Positions 20,779 through 30,937 of a DNA stretch of 64,000 bases are shown one piece after another. The stretch lies in sequence record DRR378314_409, one strand, 5' to 3'. The notes beneath the pieces were generated by a model. It saw only the letters and a program-made list of their open reading frames with translations, did not search any database and was not told the origin of the DNA. The position numbers and the translations under genes are program-made. The first letter of the stretch is position 1; each line of letters starts with the position of its first letter.

Positions 20779-22102
20779 GTTGAATGCGCAGTCCCTCCTG
20801 GGGACTTTCGCCCAATGCAATTTGTCCGCCATGACTGTGAATAATATCTCTGGCAATCGTCATTCCAAGCCCACTTCCCCCTGTCTCTGAATTTCGGGAA
20901 GTATCCAGTCTGAAAAATGGCTTAAAAACATCCTGCCTTTTATCTTCGGGGATACCAGGGCCATTATCGTCAATTGTGATGAGGATAAATTCTTCCCTAG
21001 CAGTCAGGGTAACCTGAATGCCGCCTGCATACCGCCGGGCATTTTCAATGAGGTTAGTCAGACAGCGCTTGATACTATTGGGGCGCAGTTTCGCGCTGAT
21101 CGATTGGGGACCTTCTAGGGAAATCTCGGCACCTTGACGGCGGGCATTGTCACATACTTCTAGAACGAGCTCTGCGAGATTAACCGGTTGCTCGCTTTCC
21201 GCTTCCTGCCCTCTGGCGAAGGCAAGATAGCCTTCAATCATGTTGCTCATATCTTGAACGTCACCAAGAAGGTTATCCTTGGCTTCTTTATCCTCGAGCA
21301 TCTCGAGTTGTAGTTTCATTCGGGTGAGCGGGGTGCGAAGATCATGGCTAACACCGGCGAGCATTTCTGTTCGTTGCGTGATCTGCCGATGAATTCTGTT
21401 TTTCATCTCGTGAAACGCGACTGAAGCTAAACGGATTTCTTGTGCGCCGGAGGGTTTGAAATCATCAACCTCATGTCCTTTACCAAATTGTTCGGCGGCT
21501 TCAGCCAGTTGCCGAATAGGCCGCATTTGATTGCGCAAGAATAGAACCGCGATCCCAAGTAATGTGAAGGAAATACCCACCATCCACATGATGAAGATGT
21601 AGGTGGTGCTTGAAAAAAGCCGTTTGTCACGTACGACAACACTTAGAACATGATCAGGGAGTTGCACGCGGATATTGACAGTTTCCAGCCGGTCATTTGT
21701 CGTGATTGTAAAGGCACGTCCTGGCAGACTAGTGCGAAGCTCACGTGCCATGTGCTTTTCTAGAAAGCCAAAATCATCGGTGTGATCTTCAGGAATTCGA
21801 ACCTGTTGGCCTTCTTCGAAGGAGACCGTTAGGCGCATTTGGTCCCGGGCGATGTTCAGGATGCTCTCCCGTGCTTCGGGCCCCGGAAAGCGGTCAGTCA
21901 GCGAAATTACGCTGGCAATTTCCCCAGAAACCCCCTGGGCAAGACGTCTTGCAACGTTATTCCAATGGCGTTCATAAAATATGTAGGTCGCAAGGATTTG
22001 AAGCAGGATGGTCGGGAGTACGACAATCAGAAGCGACCGCGCGAACAGCGTTCTCGGCATGATCTTTTTCAGGATCCCGACATAGGGTGCTTTGATTTTC
22101 AT
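20762..22102 (-). CDS. EnvZ-like sensor histidine kinase
   Basis: Two TM helices, HAMP, SHDLRTPLTR, N/G boxes. Confidence 0.95.
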   Translation of the reverse strand: MKIKAPYVGILKKIMPRTLFARSLLIVVLPTILLQILATYIFYERHWNNVARRLAQGVSGEIASVISLTDRFPGPEARESILNIARDQMRLTVSFEEGQQVRIPEDHTDDFGFLEKHMARELRTSLPGRAFTITTNDRLETVNIRVQLPDHVLSVVVRDKRLFSSTTYIFIMWMVGISFTLLGIAVLFLRNQMRPIRQLAEAAEQFGKGHEVDDFKPSGAQEIRLASVAFHEMKNRIHRQITQRTEMLAGVSHDLRTPLTRMKLQLEMLEDKEAKDNLLGDVQDMSNMIEGYLAFARGQEAESEQPVNLAELVLEVCDNARRQGAEISLEGPQSISAKLRPNSIKRCLTNLIENARRYAGGIQVTLTAREEFILITIDDNGPGIPEDKRQDVFKPFFRLDTSRNSETGGSGLGMTIARDIIHSHGGQIALGESPQEGLRIQLTLPW

Positions 22103-22117
22103 GATCGTTTACCCATC

Positions 22118-22804
22118 TTAATCCGCCCAGAGAACATAACCTTCACCGCGAACGGTTTGAAGATATCTTGGTAACTTGGGATCTTCTTCGATCTTGCGTC
22201 TGAGACGGGTAATTTGTACGTCCACCGCCCGTCCCTGTGTCCCGCTATTGATCGAAAGTGCTTCACGGGAAATAGGGACGCCAGGAGCTGTGGCCAAGCT
22301 TTTGAGAAGGACCTGTTCGGTTGAGGTCAGATTGATCAACTCATTTTCCTTGCTGAGCTCGCCTCGGGCGATATTGAAGCTGAAACTGCCAAAAGTGACT
22401 TCTGAGACGGTTTCCTGCAAAGATCGTTTCAAGATCGCGGAAACCCGCAGGAGGAGCTCGCGGGGTTCAAACGGTTTTGTCAGGTAATCGTCAACACCAA
22501 CCTCCAGTCCGTCAATCCGGTCATCAGACTCAGCCATTGCTGTCAGCATCAGAATTGCAACATTCTGGTTGGGACCCGCTGAATTTCTGAGAAATCGGGC
22601 ATATGAGAGACCGTCTTCGCCCGGCATCATCCGATCAAGAACCAAAAGGTCAAAGGATATCCCGTTCATTTTGTGGGCTGCGTCTTCTGCAGATTCGGCA
22701 ACAGTGACCCGGTACCCATTGTCAGAGAGGTATTTCCGAAGCAATGACGCCAAACGCGTATCATCATCGACAACAAGTATATGAGGTGCGTTATCTTTCA
22801 TCAT
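22118..22804 (-). CDS. OmpR-family response regulator (PetR-like)
   Basis: Receiver domain plus DVQITRLRRKIE winged helix. Confidence 0.93.
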   Translation of the reverse strand: MMKDNAPHILVVDDDTRLASLLRKYLSDNGYRVTVAESAEDAAHKMNGISFDLLVLDRMMPGEDGLSYARFLRNSAGPNQNVAILMLTAMAESDDRIDGLEVGVDDYLTKPFEPRELLLRVSAILKRSLQETVSEVTFGSFSFNIARGELSKENELINLTSTEQVLLKSLATAPGVPISREALSINSGTQGRAVDVQITRLRRKIEEDPKLPRYLQTVRGEGYVLWAD

Positions 22805-22829
22805 AAGATGTCATATTGTGTCGGTATCC

Positions 22830-23324
22830 CTATTTTTTAAGAATCCGCTTGAGCGTTTGCTCTCTATTGGGTTCTTTAATCAGGCCCTCCAGCACCTTTC
22901 GATAACCAGCAACGGCTTCACCGCCAGCGTCTCTAAAAGCTTTTGCGACTTGTTGCTGTTGGATCGTGCTGATTTCTTTTTCCAATTGAACGCCCTTCTC
23001 TGTCAGCGATAGAAGCCGCTGCCGGCGATCAGTTACACCCGCTTTCTGAGCGACAAAACCCCGTTCGACCAACGCGTTTAAAACACGGCTAAGGCTTTGC
23101 TTGGTGATTTGAAGTATATCCAGAAGTTCAGAAACGGTCATTCCTGGATTGCGACCTACAAAGTGAATAACCCGGTGGTGGGCGCGGCCAAAATTGTATT
23201 TCTTTAAAATTTGGTCCGGACCGTCGGTAAAGTCTCTGTAAGCAAAAAAGAGCAATTCAATACATTGCCTCAGTTCCTCTTCCCGAAGGAATAAAGGATT
23301 TGTCCCCGTTTTTACATCAGCCAT
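22830..23324 (-). CDS. MarR-family regulator (PetP-like)
   Basis: ELLFFAYRDFT, GRAHHR and ITKQSLSRVL motifs. Confidence 0.9.
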   Translation of the reverse strand: MADVKTGTNPLFLREEELRQCIELLFFAYRDFTDGPDQILKKYNFGRAHHRVIHFVGRNPGMTVSELLDILQITKQSLSRVLNALVERGFVAQKAGVTDRRQRLLSLTEKGVQLEKEISTIQQQQVAKAFRDAGGEAVAGYRKVLEGLIKEPNREQTLKRILKK

Positions 23325-23634
23325 CGTTACTCAAGCTTCTTTTTACAATCGAATAAATCATCAGATCTAACAATTACGGCGATCCCCAAGGGCCGTAGCT
23401 TTGAATTATAACGGTAAAATTGCACAAGAAGATAGGTGTTCTTTTTTGAAGGTGATGGGATATGGGGCAGAAATTCTTTTTGCGTTTACTTCGGTGAATT
23501 GCAGCGAGTTTTATTTTATTTGGGATCGAGGCTGGTTGTGACCGCAGCAATCTTTTCCTTTTGAAAATAGGTGATATAAAGGGTATTCATTAGGATGGTT
23601 CAGATAGAAAAAATAGGGTTAGGTCATACTCAAA

Positions 23635-25110
23635 ATGCGATTGTTACGGACAGCTATACTGGCAGGAATGCTTGTTCTACCAACAGGGTTAGCGTTTGCA
23701 ACATACGAGGATGGGCTTAAAGCTTATAACAGCGGCGATTTCAAGCAGGCTGCGACCCTCTGGGAAGAGTTGGCAATTGCGGGCAATGTAAATGCTCAAT
23801 ACAATCTTGGCGTGATCCATGAACAGGGAGGAGAAGACCAGCCGAAAGATCTTGCGCTCGCCTATGCATGGTATCGATTGGCTGCTTCTCAGGAAATGCC
23901 GGAAGCCTTGCAGGCTGTTAGCCGTCTGAAAGAATTGCTAACAACCGGTCAGATTGAAGACGGTAATAAATACGCAGTAACAGTACTGGGTAAATGGTAT
24001 CGCCAATCTGTCGGTATGTCCGATGACGAATTTAAGAAAATCATCGAAGCGCGCGCGGCGCGGGAAAAAGCCAAAATTGAAGCCGAAAATCGTCAGGCTG
24101 CTGAACGGGTTCAGCGTCAGCGAGCGTTGATCGCTCAGCGGGATGCGGATGCAAAGCTGGCAAAAAAGCTTGAAGAACAAAGCCGACAGGACGCCTTGAA
24201 AGCAGCAAGAGAGCAAGCTGAGGAGGCAAAACGCAAAGCTTACCTTGCGCAGAAACAGCGTGAGGAAGAGGAGCGGATGGCAAGGCTGCGAGAGCAGAAG
24301 AAGGAACAAGATGCGCGGCAGTCCGTTTTACAAAGACTGGCGGAACTGAAAGCAAAACAACAAGGAAACCTACCATCAGCATCGGCGGCTGACCAGTTAA
24401 ATCCTGGGCAGTCAAAGTCAATAGAAGCTGTTCCAGCTCAGCCGAAATCAACACCCGCACCGGAAAAAGCACAGCCTCAAAAAGCACCAAAATCCTCTTC
24501 GGATTCAAGTCAAACCAAGGCGACGGTGGTTCAGCCCAAAGTGATCGAGCCAGTCACGCAGCGGCCAAAACCAACTGAAGTTCAGACAATTGAGCCCAAA
24601 GCGGCCTCGGCGCAGCCGGTTAAGCAATCTTCAGCACCAACAGTTGTTGCAAAATCTGTTGCCGAGCCTTTGGCTCCGGAAAAATCAGCGGCACAAAATC
24701 AGGTGGAAAAACCGGAGCCTGAACAGGTGATCAAGGAAGAGACCGCACCACTCAAAAAAGAGGGGCAGGAGCCTGAAAAGGTTGCAGCCCTACCCAAGCA
24801 ATCATCGAAACCAGATGTTCCGACAACCACCATGCCGGTGATAGCGAATGGTTTGGATCAGAGCGTTGTCGCACAGATCCTGCAGGCTGCCCAAAGTGTA
24901 TCTCTGAATACACCTTCTGCTAAAGATCAGATTGAAGCTAAACGCAACGATATTGAAGCACTGAAATGGTCTTTGATATCTTCTGCACGCGGTAAAGCAG
25001 GTGCCAAGGACATGAACCAGCGCTTGATGGACAATATGTCTGATGTGCAGATCGCAGAGGCAAATCGCCGGGCAGCCGATTGGATCCTTAAACGTCAGGC
25101 CCGCCAGTAA
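23635..25110 (+). CDS. secreted Sel1-repeat protein with coiled coil and Pro/Ala/Lys-rich linker
   Basis: Signal peptide; AQYNLGVIHEQG..DLALAYAWYRLAA Sel1 repeat. Confidence 0.8.
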   Translation: MRLLRTAILAGMLVLPTGLAFATYEDGLKAYNSGDFKQAATLWEELAIAGNVNAQYNLGVIHEQGGEDQPKDLALAYAWYRLAASQEMPEALQAVSRLKELLTTGQIEDGNKYAVTVLGKWYRQSVGMSDDEFKKIIEARAAREKAKIEAENRQAAERVQRQRALIAQRDADAKLAKKLEEQSRQDALKAAREQAEEAKRKAYLAQKQREEEERMARLREQKKEQDARQSVLQRLAELKAKQQGNLPSASAADQLNPGQSKSIEAVPAQPKSTPAPEKAQPQKAPKSSSDSSQTKATVVQPKVIEPVTQRPKPTEVQTIEPKAASAQPVKQSSAPTVVAKSVAEPLAPEKSAAQNQVEKPEPEQVIKEETAPLKKEGQEPEKVAALPKQSSKPDVPTTTMPVIANGLDQSVVAQILQAAQSVSLNTPSAKDQIEAKRNDIEALKWSLISSARGKAGAKDMNQRLMDNMSDVQIAEANRRAADWILKRQARQ

Positions 25111-25560
25111 CTATTTCCAGCGGTTAGCAGCCTCAAGATCAGTGTGCCTCTCTGATACCCAATCTTTCTCACCATCTGTTTTTTCTTCCAGCTTCCAAAA
25201 TGGGGCTTTGGTTTTTAGCCAATCCATCAGGAAATCCGCGGCTTCAAAAGCATCTTTGCGATGCGCGGATGCCGTTATGACCAAGACAATCGGTTCGGAG
25301 ACTTGCATGTGGCCATAGCGGTGAACAATCAGGCAGTCATCAAGGTCCCAACGATTGCGGGCTTCAGCCTCAATCCGGCTCAGTTCTTTTTCGGTCATTC
25401 CGGGGTAATGTTCCAAAGTCAGGCTTGTGATGCCAGTCCCATCGTTAAAATCGCGAACAAGGCCTGTAAAGGTGACGACTGCTCCTATATGAGGGGCGTT
25501 CGCTGTCAGCTTTTTGAGTTCTTCACCTGTATCAAATGTTTCTGACTGAACTCTGATCAT
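25111..25560 (-). CDS. moaE: molybdopterin synthase catalytic subunit
   Basis: GAVVTFTGLVR, LEHYPGM and LKTKAPFWK motifs. Confidence 0.96.
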   Translation of the reverse strand: MIRVQSETFDTGEELKKLTANAPHIGAVVTFTGLVRDFNDGTGITSLTLEHYPGMTEKELSRIEAEARNRWDLDDCLIVHRYGHMQVSEPIVLVITASAHRKDAFEAADFLMDWLKTKAPFWKLEEKTDGEKDWVSERHTDLEAANRWK

Positions 25561-25562
25561 TT

Positions 25563-25814
25563 TTATCCTCCGGTCACCGGTGGAAAAAAGGCGATCTCTT
25601 CACTGCCTGACAGGGCAATATCTTCCGTCACGTAAACCTGATCAACCGCGATCCGGATGACTGAAAGATCGGCAAGAGCCGTCTGATAGGGCTCCCCCTT
25701 ATCTTTCAGCCAGGTGATGAGCCCATAGAGAGTTGTAACCTCCACAGGCAGATCAATCTTTTCTTCGGGGGTACCGATTTGTGTCCGTAGCCATGCAAAA
25801 TACAAAATTTTCAT
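25563..25814 (-). CDS. moaD: molybdopterin synthase sulfur carrier
   Basis: ILYFAWLR start; C-terminal FFPPVTGG. Confidence 0.96.
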   Translation of the reverse strand: MKILYFAWLRTQIGTPEEKIDLPVEVTTLYGLITWLKDKGEPYQTALADLSVIRIAVDQVYVTEDIALSGSEEIAFFPPVTGG

Positions 25815-27592
25815 CGATAGAGTTCCGATAAAGGAATAAACTTAACGTTTTCGCCTTCTGAAATATGGGCGCAATCTTCATCAAGTTCAATCAAACCGTT
25901 AGCCCAGGTTAAGGATGTGATTAAGCCCGAACCCTGACTGGAATATTTTTGAACATGAGGTACACCTTGATTGTCCATCCAATATTGTCCCCGCAACCAC
26001 TCCTTGCGTCCAGGCTTTTTCTTCATGGAAAAGTCAGCCCTGGCTATAAAAGGCGCTGGATGAGCATATTGGTCTTCCCCGCGTAATTTAGCGATGATCG
26101 GGCGAATGAACTGCAGGCAACAAACCATGGCCGCTACCGGATTTCCCGGTAGGCCAACAAAAACCGTTCGATCTACCTGCCCTATTGCAAGGGGCCGGCC
26201 CGGTTTTATGGCAATTTTCCAAAATTGGAGATGGCCAAGTTGGTTTACGGCTGTTTTGACATGATCCTCGTCTCCCATGGATACACCACCTGATGTAATA
26301 ATCAGTTGGGCTTTCAGGGCGGCGGATTGGAGTTTTGATTTGATAGTATTCTGATTATCTGGAAGGATGCCGTAGTCAATAACCTCAACCCCGTAGGATT
26401 GCAGAATGGTATGCAGCATATACCGATTGCTGTCATAAATATGGCCGGTTTCGAGGTTGCTTCCCGGTTCCTGAAGCTCATCACCTGTAGAAAACAACGC
26501 GACTTTTAAAGGCTCATATACGGGCACTATTGCAACGCCAACACTGGCCAGCCGGGCTAAATGAGGGGGCGTAAGCCTTGTTCCTTTCTGGATTGCCAGT
26601 TCGCCTTCTTTAATATCCTCACCCGCAAGGCGACGATTGTCACCTTTAATGAGCCCGTTGGGAATGGTGATTTCATTGCCTTCGATTCCCGTATCTTCAA
26701 TCATGGCAATTGTATCAGCGCCCTTTGGCATTTGGGCACCGGTGAAAATTTTAATGCATTCGCCTGCATTAAGGTCTGAAAAAGGTTTATCACCGGCAGC
26801 GGTTCTGCCAACGCAGGTCATTTTCTGAGACGGGCCTGCTGCAAGGTCATCATAAGAAAAGGCATATCCATCAACCGCAGAGTTATCCGCGGGCGGCAAA
26901 TTTAGCGAAGAATGAATATCTTCAGACGTAACCAGCCCGCAACATTTATCCAGCGCAATAGCTGTGCTGCCAACGGCAAGATTGGTGACATCTACCATCA
27001 ATTGCCGGGCTTCATTCACGCTCACCATTTGGTCAGGTGCGGCATAGCAGTCATTTAGGTTTTTTGGTGATGTCTGTGGTGTCGGGTCCGGGAAAAGAAA
27101 GTTAATGATAAAATTTGCGATCGCCTCAATGTCATCAAGACATAAGGTTGGAAGATTGGTCTCCAGGTCTTTTAAAGTCGTTGCAACAGCTATGACGTTT
27201 TTGTTCTGGTGAAAATGAGGCGGCTGATCACCAACGCCTCTGTAGACCTCCAACCTTGGAAAATCTTCACTCTTGTACCCCTCTACCAGAATTACGTCTG
27301 TTTTTGTCATGGATGCCAAAAGTTCCGGGAGCGTAGCTTCTTTCTCGTCATTGTTTTCATGCATTAAAGCCCAGCGATGAGATGAGGAGATTAGGACTTC
27401 TTCTGCACCGGAAGATCGGTGTTCGTAGCTGTCTTTGCCTGGCTTATCGATGTCAAATTTATGGTGTGCGTGCTTGATGGTGGAGACGCGAAGGCCCCGT
27501 TTTTTTAATTCGGGGATTAGTCTGGTGATTAAGTAGGTCTTTCCGTTACCACTCCAACCTGAAATTCCAAATATTTGCCGTTTAGTTGTCAT
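25811..27592 (-). CDS. fused MobB-MoeA (MGD biosynthesis adaptor / molybdopterin molybdotransferase)
   Basis: N-terminal GWSGNGKT and IKHAHH (MobB); NSAVDGYA, STGDEL, TSGGVS and LPGNP (MoeA). Confidence 0.92.
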   Translation of the reverse strand: MTTKRQIFGISGWSGNGKTYLITRLIPELKKRGLRVSTIKHAHHKFDIDKPGKDSYEHRSSGAEEVLISSSHRWALMHENNDEKEATLPELLASMTKTDVILVEGYKSEDFPRLEVYRGVGDQPPHFHQNKNVIAVATTLKDLETNLPTLCLDDIEAIANFIINFLFPDPTPQTSPKNLNDCYAAPDQMVSVNEARQLMVDVTNLAVGSTAIALDKCCGLVTSEDIHSSLNLPPADNSAVDGYAFSYDDLAAGPSQKMTCVGRTAAGDKPFSDLNAGECIKIFTGAQMPKGADTIAMIEDTGIEGNEITIPNGLIKGDNRRLAGEDIKEGELAIQKGTRLTPPHLARLASVGVAIVPVYEPLKVALFSTGDELQEPGSNLETGHIYDSNRYMLHTILQSYGVEVIDYGILPDNQNTIKSKLQSAALKAQLIITSGGVSMGDEDHVKTAVNQLGHLQFWKIAIKPGRPLAIGQVDRTVFVGLPGNPVAAMVCCLQFIRPIIAKLRGEDQYAHPAPFIARADFSMKKKPGRKEWLRGQYWMDNQGVPHVQKYSSQGSGLITSLTWANGLIELDEDCAHISEGENVKFIPLSELYR

Positions 27593-28148
27593 CTTGATCC
27601 ATCATATGCTCAAGACCTAAGCGCAGGTAATCATAACCAGTCCACACGGTCAGCAGGCCAGCAAGCCATAGAAGTATGTTACCGATCATTAACGCATCGA
27701 AGGTTTCTTGGACGGCGGGTCCACCCAGTAAAAAGCAAAGGGAGAGGATTTGAAATGTCGTTTTCCATTTTGCTAATTTGCTGACGGGCATTCCCACGCG
27801 AAGTTCAGCCAGGTATTCACGCAGGCCTGATACCATGATTTCCCGGCACAGAATAATAACTGCTGGTATGAGTTGCCAGTCAGCAATCCGGTCCACACCA
27901 ACCAGAAACAAAATAGCCGCAGCCACAAGTAGTTTATCAGCAACGGGATCGAGAAACCGGCCCAAATTAGAGGTTTGTTTGTTTCTGCGGGCAAGGTAGC
28001 CATCAAAAAAGTCGGTAATTCCGGCTGCAACAAACAGTCCTAAGGGGACCCAACTAGAGGCATCTCCCGGTAAATAGAAAGACGCAAGAAGGAGTGGAAT
28101 GACGACAATTCTTGAAAGCGTCAGCAAATTTGGCAACCGAAATAACAT
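27582..28148 (-). CDS. pgsA: CDP-diacylglycerol--glycerol-3-phosphate 3-phosphatidyltransferase
   Basis: PNLLTLSR and TDFFDGYLAR..GRFLDPVADK motifs. Confidence 0.97.
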   Translation of the reverse strand: MLFRLPNLLTLSRIVVIPLLLASFYLPGDASSWVPLGLFVAAGITDFFDGYLARRNKQTSNLGRFLDPVADKLLVAAAILFLVGVDRIADWQLIPAVIILCREIMVSGLREYLAELRVGMPVSKLAKWKTTFQILSLCFLLGGPAVQETFDALMIGNILLWLAGLLTVWTGYDYLRLGLEHMMDQDDN

Positions 28149-28230
28149 GCCTTAGAACCCAGCTGAAATATTGACCTAGCGGGCAGTATAGGAGTAGGTT
28201 CTAAAGAGGGAAAGCAGTGATTTTAAAAGA

Positions 28231-30123
28231 TTATTCGTGAAGGTAGTCGTAAATTTGTTGCGCCAGCTTTTTGGAGATTCCCTCAACAGATTCCAGATCG
28301 GCCAATGCGGCGTCGATAACCCCTTTCGCCGAACCGAAATGGTTGAGAAGGGCTTTTTTTCGTTTGCCACCAATACCAGGAATTTCATCTAACGGGGATT
28401 TCCCGATCGCTTTCGAGCGTTTGGAGCGATGGGTCGTGATGGCATAATTATGAACTTCATCACGTAAACGCTGAAGAAAATACAGTGTTGGATCATTTGG
28501 TGGCAGTGTGAAAGGTGGCTTTCCAGGCAGAAAGAACTTTTCGCGCCCGGCATGCCGGTCAGGTCCTTTGGCAATGCCGACAAGCTTCACATCCTTGATT
28601 TCCAATTCTTTGAAGACATCAAGCGCGGCGGATAATTGCCCAAGGCCACCATCAATAAGGACCAGATCAGGCCATTGTTCTCGAGAGCCGGAACCCTCTC
28701 CTATTTTGTTGGGATCTTCGCGTTGCAGGCGGGAAAACCGTCGGGTCAGAACCTCCCGCATCATGCCATAGTCATCACCCGGTGCCAGGTCTTTCCCCTT
28801 GATGTTGAATTTTCGATAACTTTTTTTCTCGAATCCTTCCGGACCTGCCACGATTAATGCGCCGACTTGATGCGCGCCCTGAATATGACTGTTGTCATAG
28901 ACTTCAACCCGCTGCGGCGCTACTTCCATCTCAAAGACCTTCCCGACAGCTTGCAAGAGACGTTTTTGGGATGCGTTTTCTGCAAGTTTTCGCTCTAGCG
29001 CGCCTTTGGCATTTAAAAGGGCGTGGTCCAGCATTTCGCGTTTTGGTCCGCGCTTTGGTGTTGAAATAATTATCTTTTTTTCAGCCCTAACGGAAAGAGC
29101 TTCACTCAGAAGATCAATTTCCGATGGGTGATGGCTAACCCAAATATTCTTGGGAGCTGGGTGTGTATCGTAAAACTGTCCGATAAATGCATTCAAGACT
29201 TCCTCGGGGCCTTCTTCTTTTGTATGGATCGGGTAGTGGGCCCGGTTGCCAAGGTTTTGACCAGAGCGGATGAAGAAAACCTGCACACATGTCTGACCGC
29301 CTTCCTGATGGGCGGCGATGACATCCGCTTCGTCAATATTGGGAAGGTTGATGGTCTGCTTGGCCTGAATATGCGCCATAGCCTTAAGGCGATCCCTGAG
29401 AACTGCAGCTAGCTCAAAATCCAGGTTGTCGCTGGAGGCTTGCATTCGGCTTGCCAGTTGCTGTTGAATGGCATGGCTTTTCCCCGATAAAAACGAGCGT
29501 GCCTCGTCAACAATGACCTTGTAATCCTCTTGAGAGATCCGACCTACGCACGGGGCAGAACACCGTTTGATTTGATATTGCAGGCAGGGGCGGGTGCGGG
29601 TGTTAAAATCGGAGTCGCTACAAGACCGTAGTGGAAACAGGCGTTGGAAGGTCGCTAGCGTGTCATTGACGGCTCCGGCAGAAGCAAAAGGTCCAAAATA
29701 TTCACCTTTTCTATTTCGGGCGCCCCGGTGCTTTGTAATCTGTGGCCAGTCATGATCGCCGGTAATCAAAATATAGGGAAAGGACTTATCATCCCGAAGG
29801 ATGATATTGTATCTTGGCTTTAGTTTCTTGATGAGGTTAGCCTCAAGCAGTAAGGCTTCCACTTCGGTGTGCGTTGAGACAAACTCCATTGCGAAGGTCA
29901 GAGAGACCATCCTGAGAATGCGTGAGGATTGTCCAGTTATTTTTGTATAGCTGCTGACGCGGTTTTTGAGGTTTTTCGCCTTGCCTACATATAGTACTTG
30001 CTCATTGCTATCCAGCATCCGGTAAACCCCCGGAGTTAATGGCAAAGTCTTTAAGAACCGTTTGATGACTTTTGACCCGCGGGCAAAAGAGGATTCTTGA
30101 TTTTCTAGCGCTGATTCTGTCAT
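28231..30123 (-). CDS. uvrC: excinuclease ABC subunit C
   Basis: PGVYRM..YVGKAKNLK GIY-YIG domain, YDNSH, RDEVH, HhH. Confidence 0.98.
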   Translation of the reverse strand: MTESALENQESSFARGSKVIKRFLKTLPLTPGVYRMLDSNEQVLYVGKAKNLKNRVSSYTKITGQSSRILRMVSLTFAMEFVSTHTEVEALLLEANLIKKLKPRYNIILRDDKSFPYILITGDHDWPQITKHRGARNRKGEYFGPFASAGAVNDTLATFQRLFPLRSCSDSDFNTRTRPCLQYQIKRCSAPCVGRISQEDYKVIVDEARSFLSGKSHAIQQQLASRMQASSDNLDFELAAVLRDRLKAMAHIQAKQTINLPNIDEADVIAAHQEGGQTCVQVFFIRSGQNLGNRAHYPIHTKEEGPEEVLNAFIGQFYDTHPAPKNIWVSHHPSEIDLLSEALSVRAEKKIIISTPKRGPKREMLDHALLNAKGALERKLAENASQKRLLQAVGKVFEMEVAPQRVEVYDNSHIQGAHQVGALIVAGPEGFEKKSYRKFNIKGKDLAPGDDYGMMREVLTRRFSRLQREDPNKIGEGSGSREQWPDLVLIDGGLGQLSAALDVFKELEIKDVKLVGIAKGPDRHAGREKFFLPGKPPFTLPPNDPTLYFLQRLRDEVHNYAITTHRSKRSKAIGKSPLDEIPGIGGKRKKALLNHFGSAKGVIDAALADLESVEGISKKLAQQIYDYLHE

Positions 30124-30260
30124 TTCTTATTGATTCATCGTTTCGTTTTACGGATCAAGCTGAAAGGTCATATTGAACAAGTTGATCTAAACTACTTAAT
30201 AATAAGACACATTAGCGTTCAAAATATCTATGGCAATTTTCTGTTTACAGTTTTTTGACA

Positions 30261-30482
30261 CTATCCACCGAAGTTGTGGATAACTTTGTGCGTAAGTCTG
30301 TGTGATTGACCCGTATCCCGTACAAACCTTGATGTTTACCCGAACTGCCTAAATTTTAGTCAATTATTTAATGCATTGATTTTATTGATATTTTTAAATG
30401 TCAAGGCTCTCAATTCGAGATATTCACATTTTTTTGAAGGATTTTTCGCATATTCGCCAAGGACTTCATTTGCTGTGCACAA
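30261..30482. promoter_or_regulatory. DnaA-box cluster with IHF consensus site (DARS-like)
   Basis: CTATCCACC-5bp-TGTGGATAA-3bp-TGTGCGTAA at 30261-30295; IHF consensus at 30369-30381; near-consensus boxes at 30420 and 30474. Confidence 0.6.
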
Positions 30483-30522
30483 CTTAAGCTAAGTATTAAG
30501 AAAGAACGGGTTTTTTGAGTTG

Positions 30523-30936
30523 CTATTCACGTGTTCTTGTGATTTCGACCCCAACGCTGCCGGCGTTTTGTAAAGCCTGCAATTTCTCGACTTTTACGGT
30601 GACGCTAACTGTCCTGCGATTCTTGAAGCAGATTTCCGTAATCTTTTCAGCAAGGGTTTCGACCAAGTTAATATGTTCCTCTTTTACGAGCTTTTCGACT
30701 GCTTTGGCGATCGTTTCATAACAAATAACGTTTCGATAGTCGTCGTTGATTGGTCCGTCATGGTTTTCAACATCTAACACAATATTTAGTCTAACAGGTT
30801 GCTCTGCCAGCTTCTCATGTTCGTAAACCCCAATTAGCATAGTGACCATCAGATCGTGGATAAAGACACGATGTGTCGAGGACGTTGGGACAGGCGTCGG
30901 AAGCTGAGACACTTCCTTTGGATCGGTCAGGCTCAT
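30523..30936 (-). CDS. folB: dihydroneopterin aldolase
   Basis: IGVYEHEK..QPV, HINLVETLAE and SVGVEITR motifs. Confidence 0.9.
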   Translation of the reverse strand: MSLTDPKEVSQLPTPVPTSSTHRVFIHDLMVTMLIGVYEHEKLAEQPVRLNIVLDVENHDGPINDDYRNVICYETIAKAVEKLVKEEHINLVETLAEKITEICFKNRRTVSVTVKVEKLQALQNAGSVGVEITRTRE

Positions 30937-30937
30937 G

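Noticed and set aside
30124-30260. Alphaproteobacterial LexA box upstream of uvrC (also checked upstream of uvrB)
   Set aside because: No GTTC-N7-GTTC or GAAC-N7-GAAC match seen
30124-30522. oriC
   Set aside because: Only one perfect box and no dnaA/hemE/parAB context in the window; not fully excluded without GC skew
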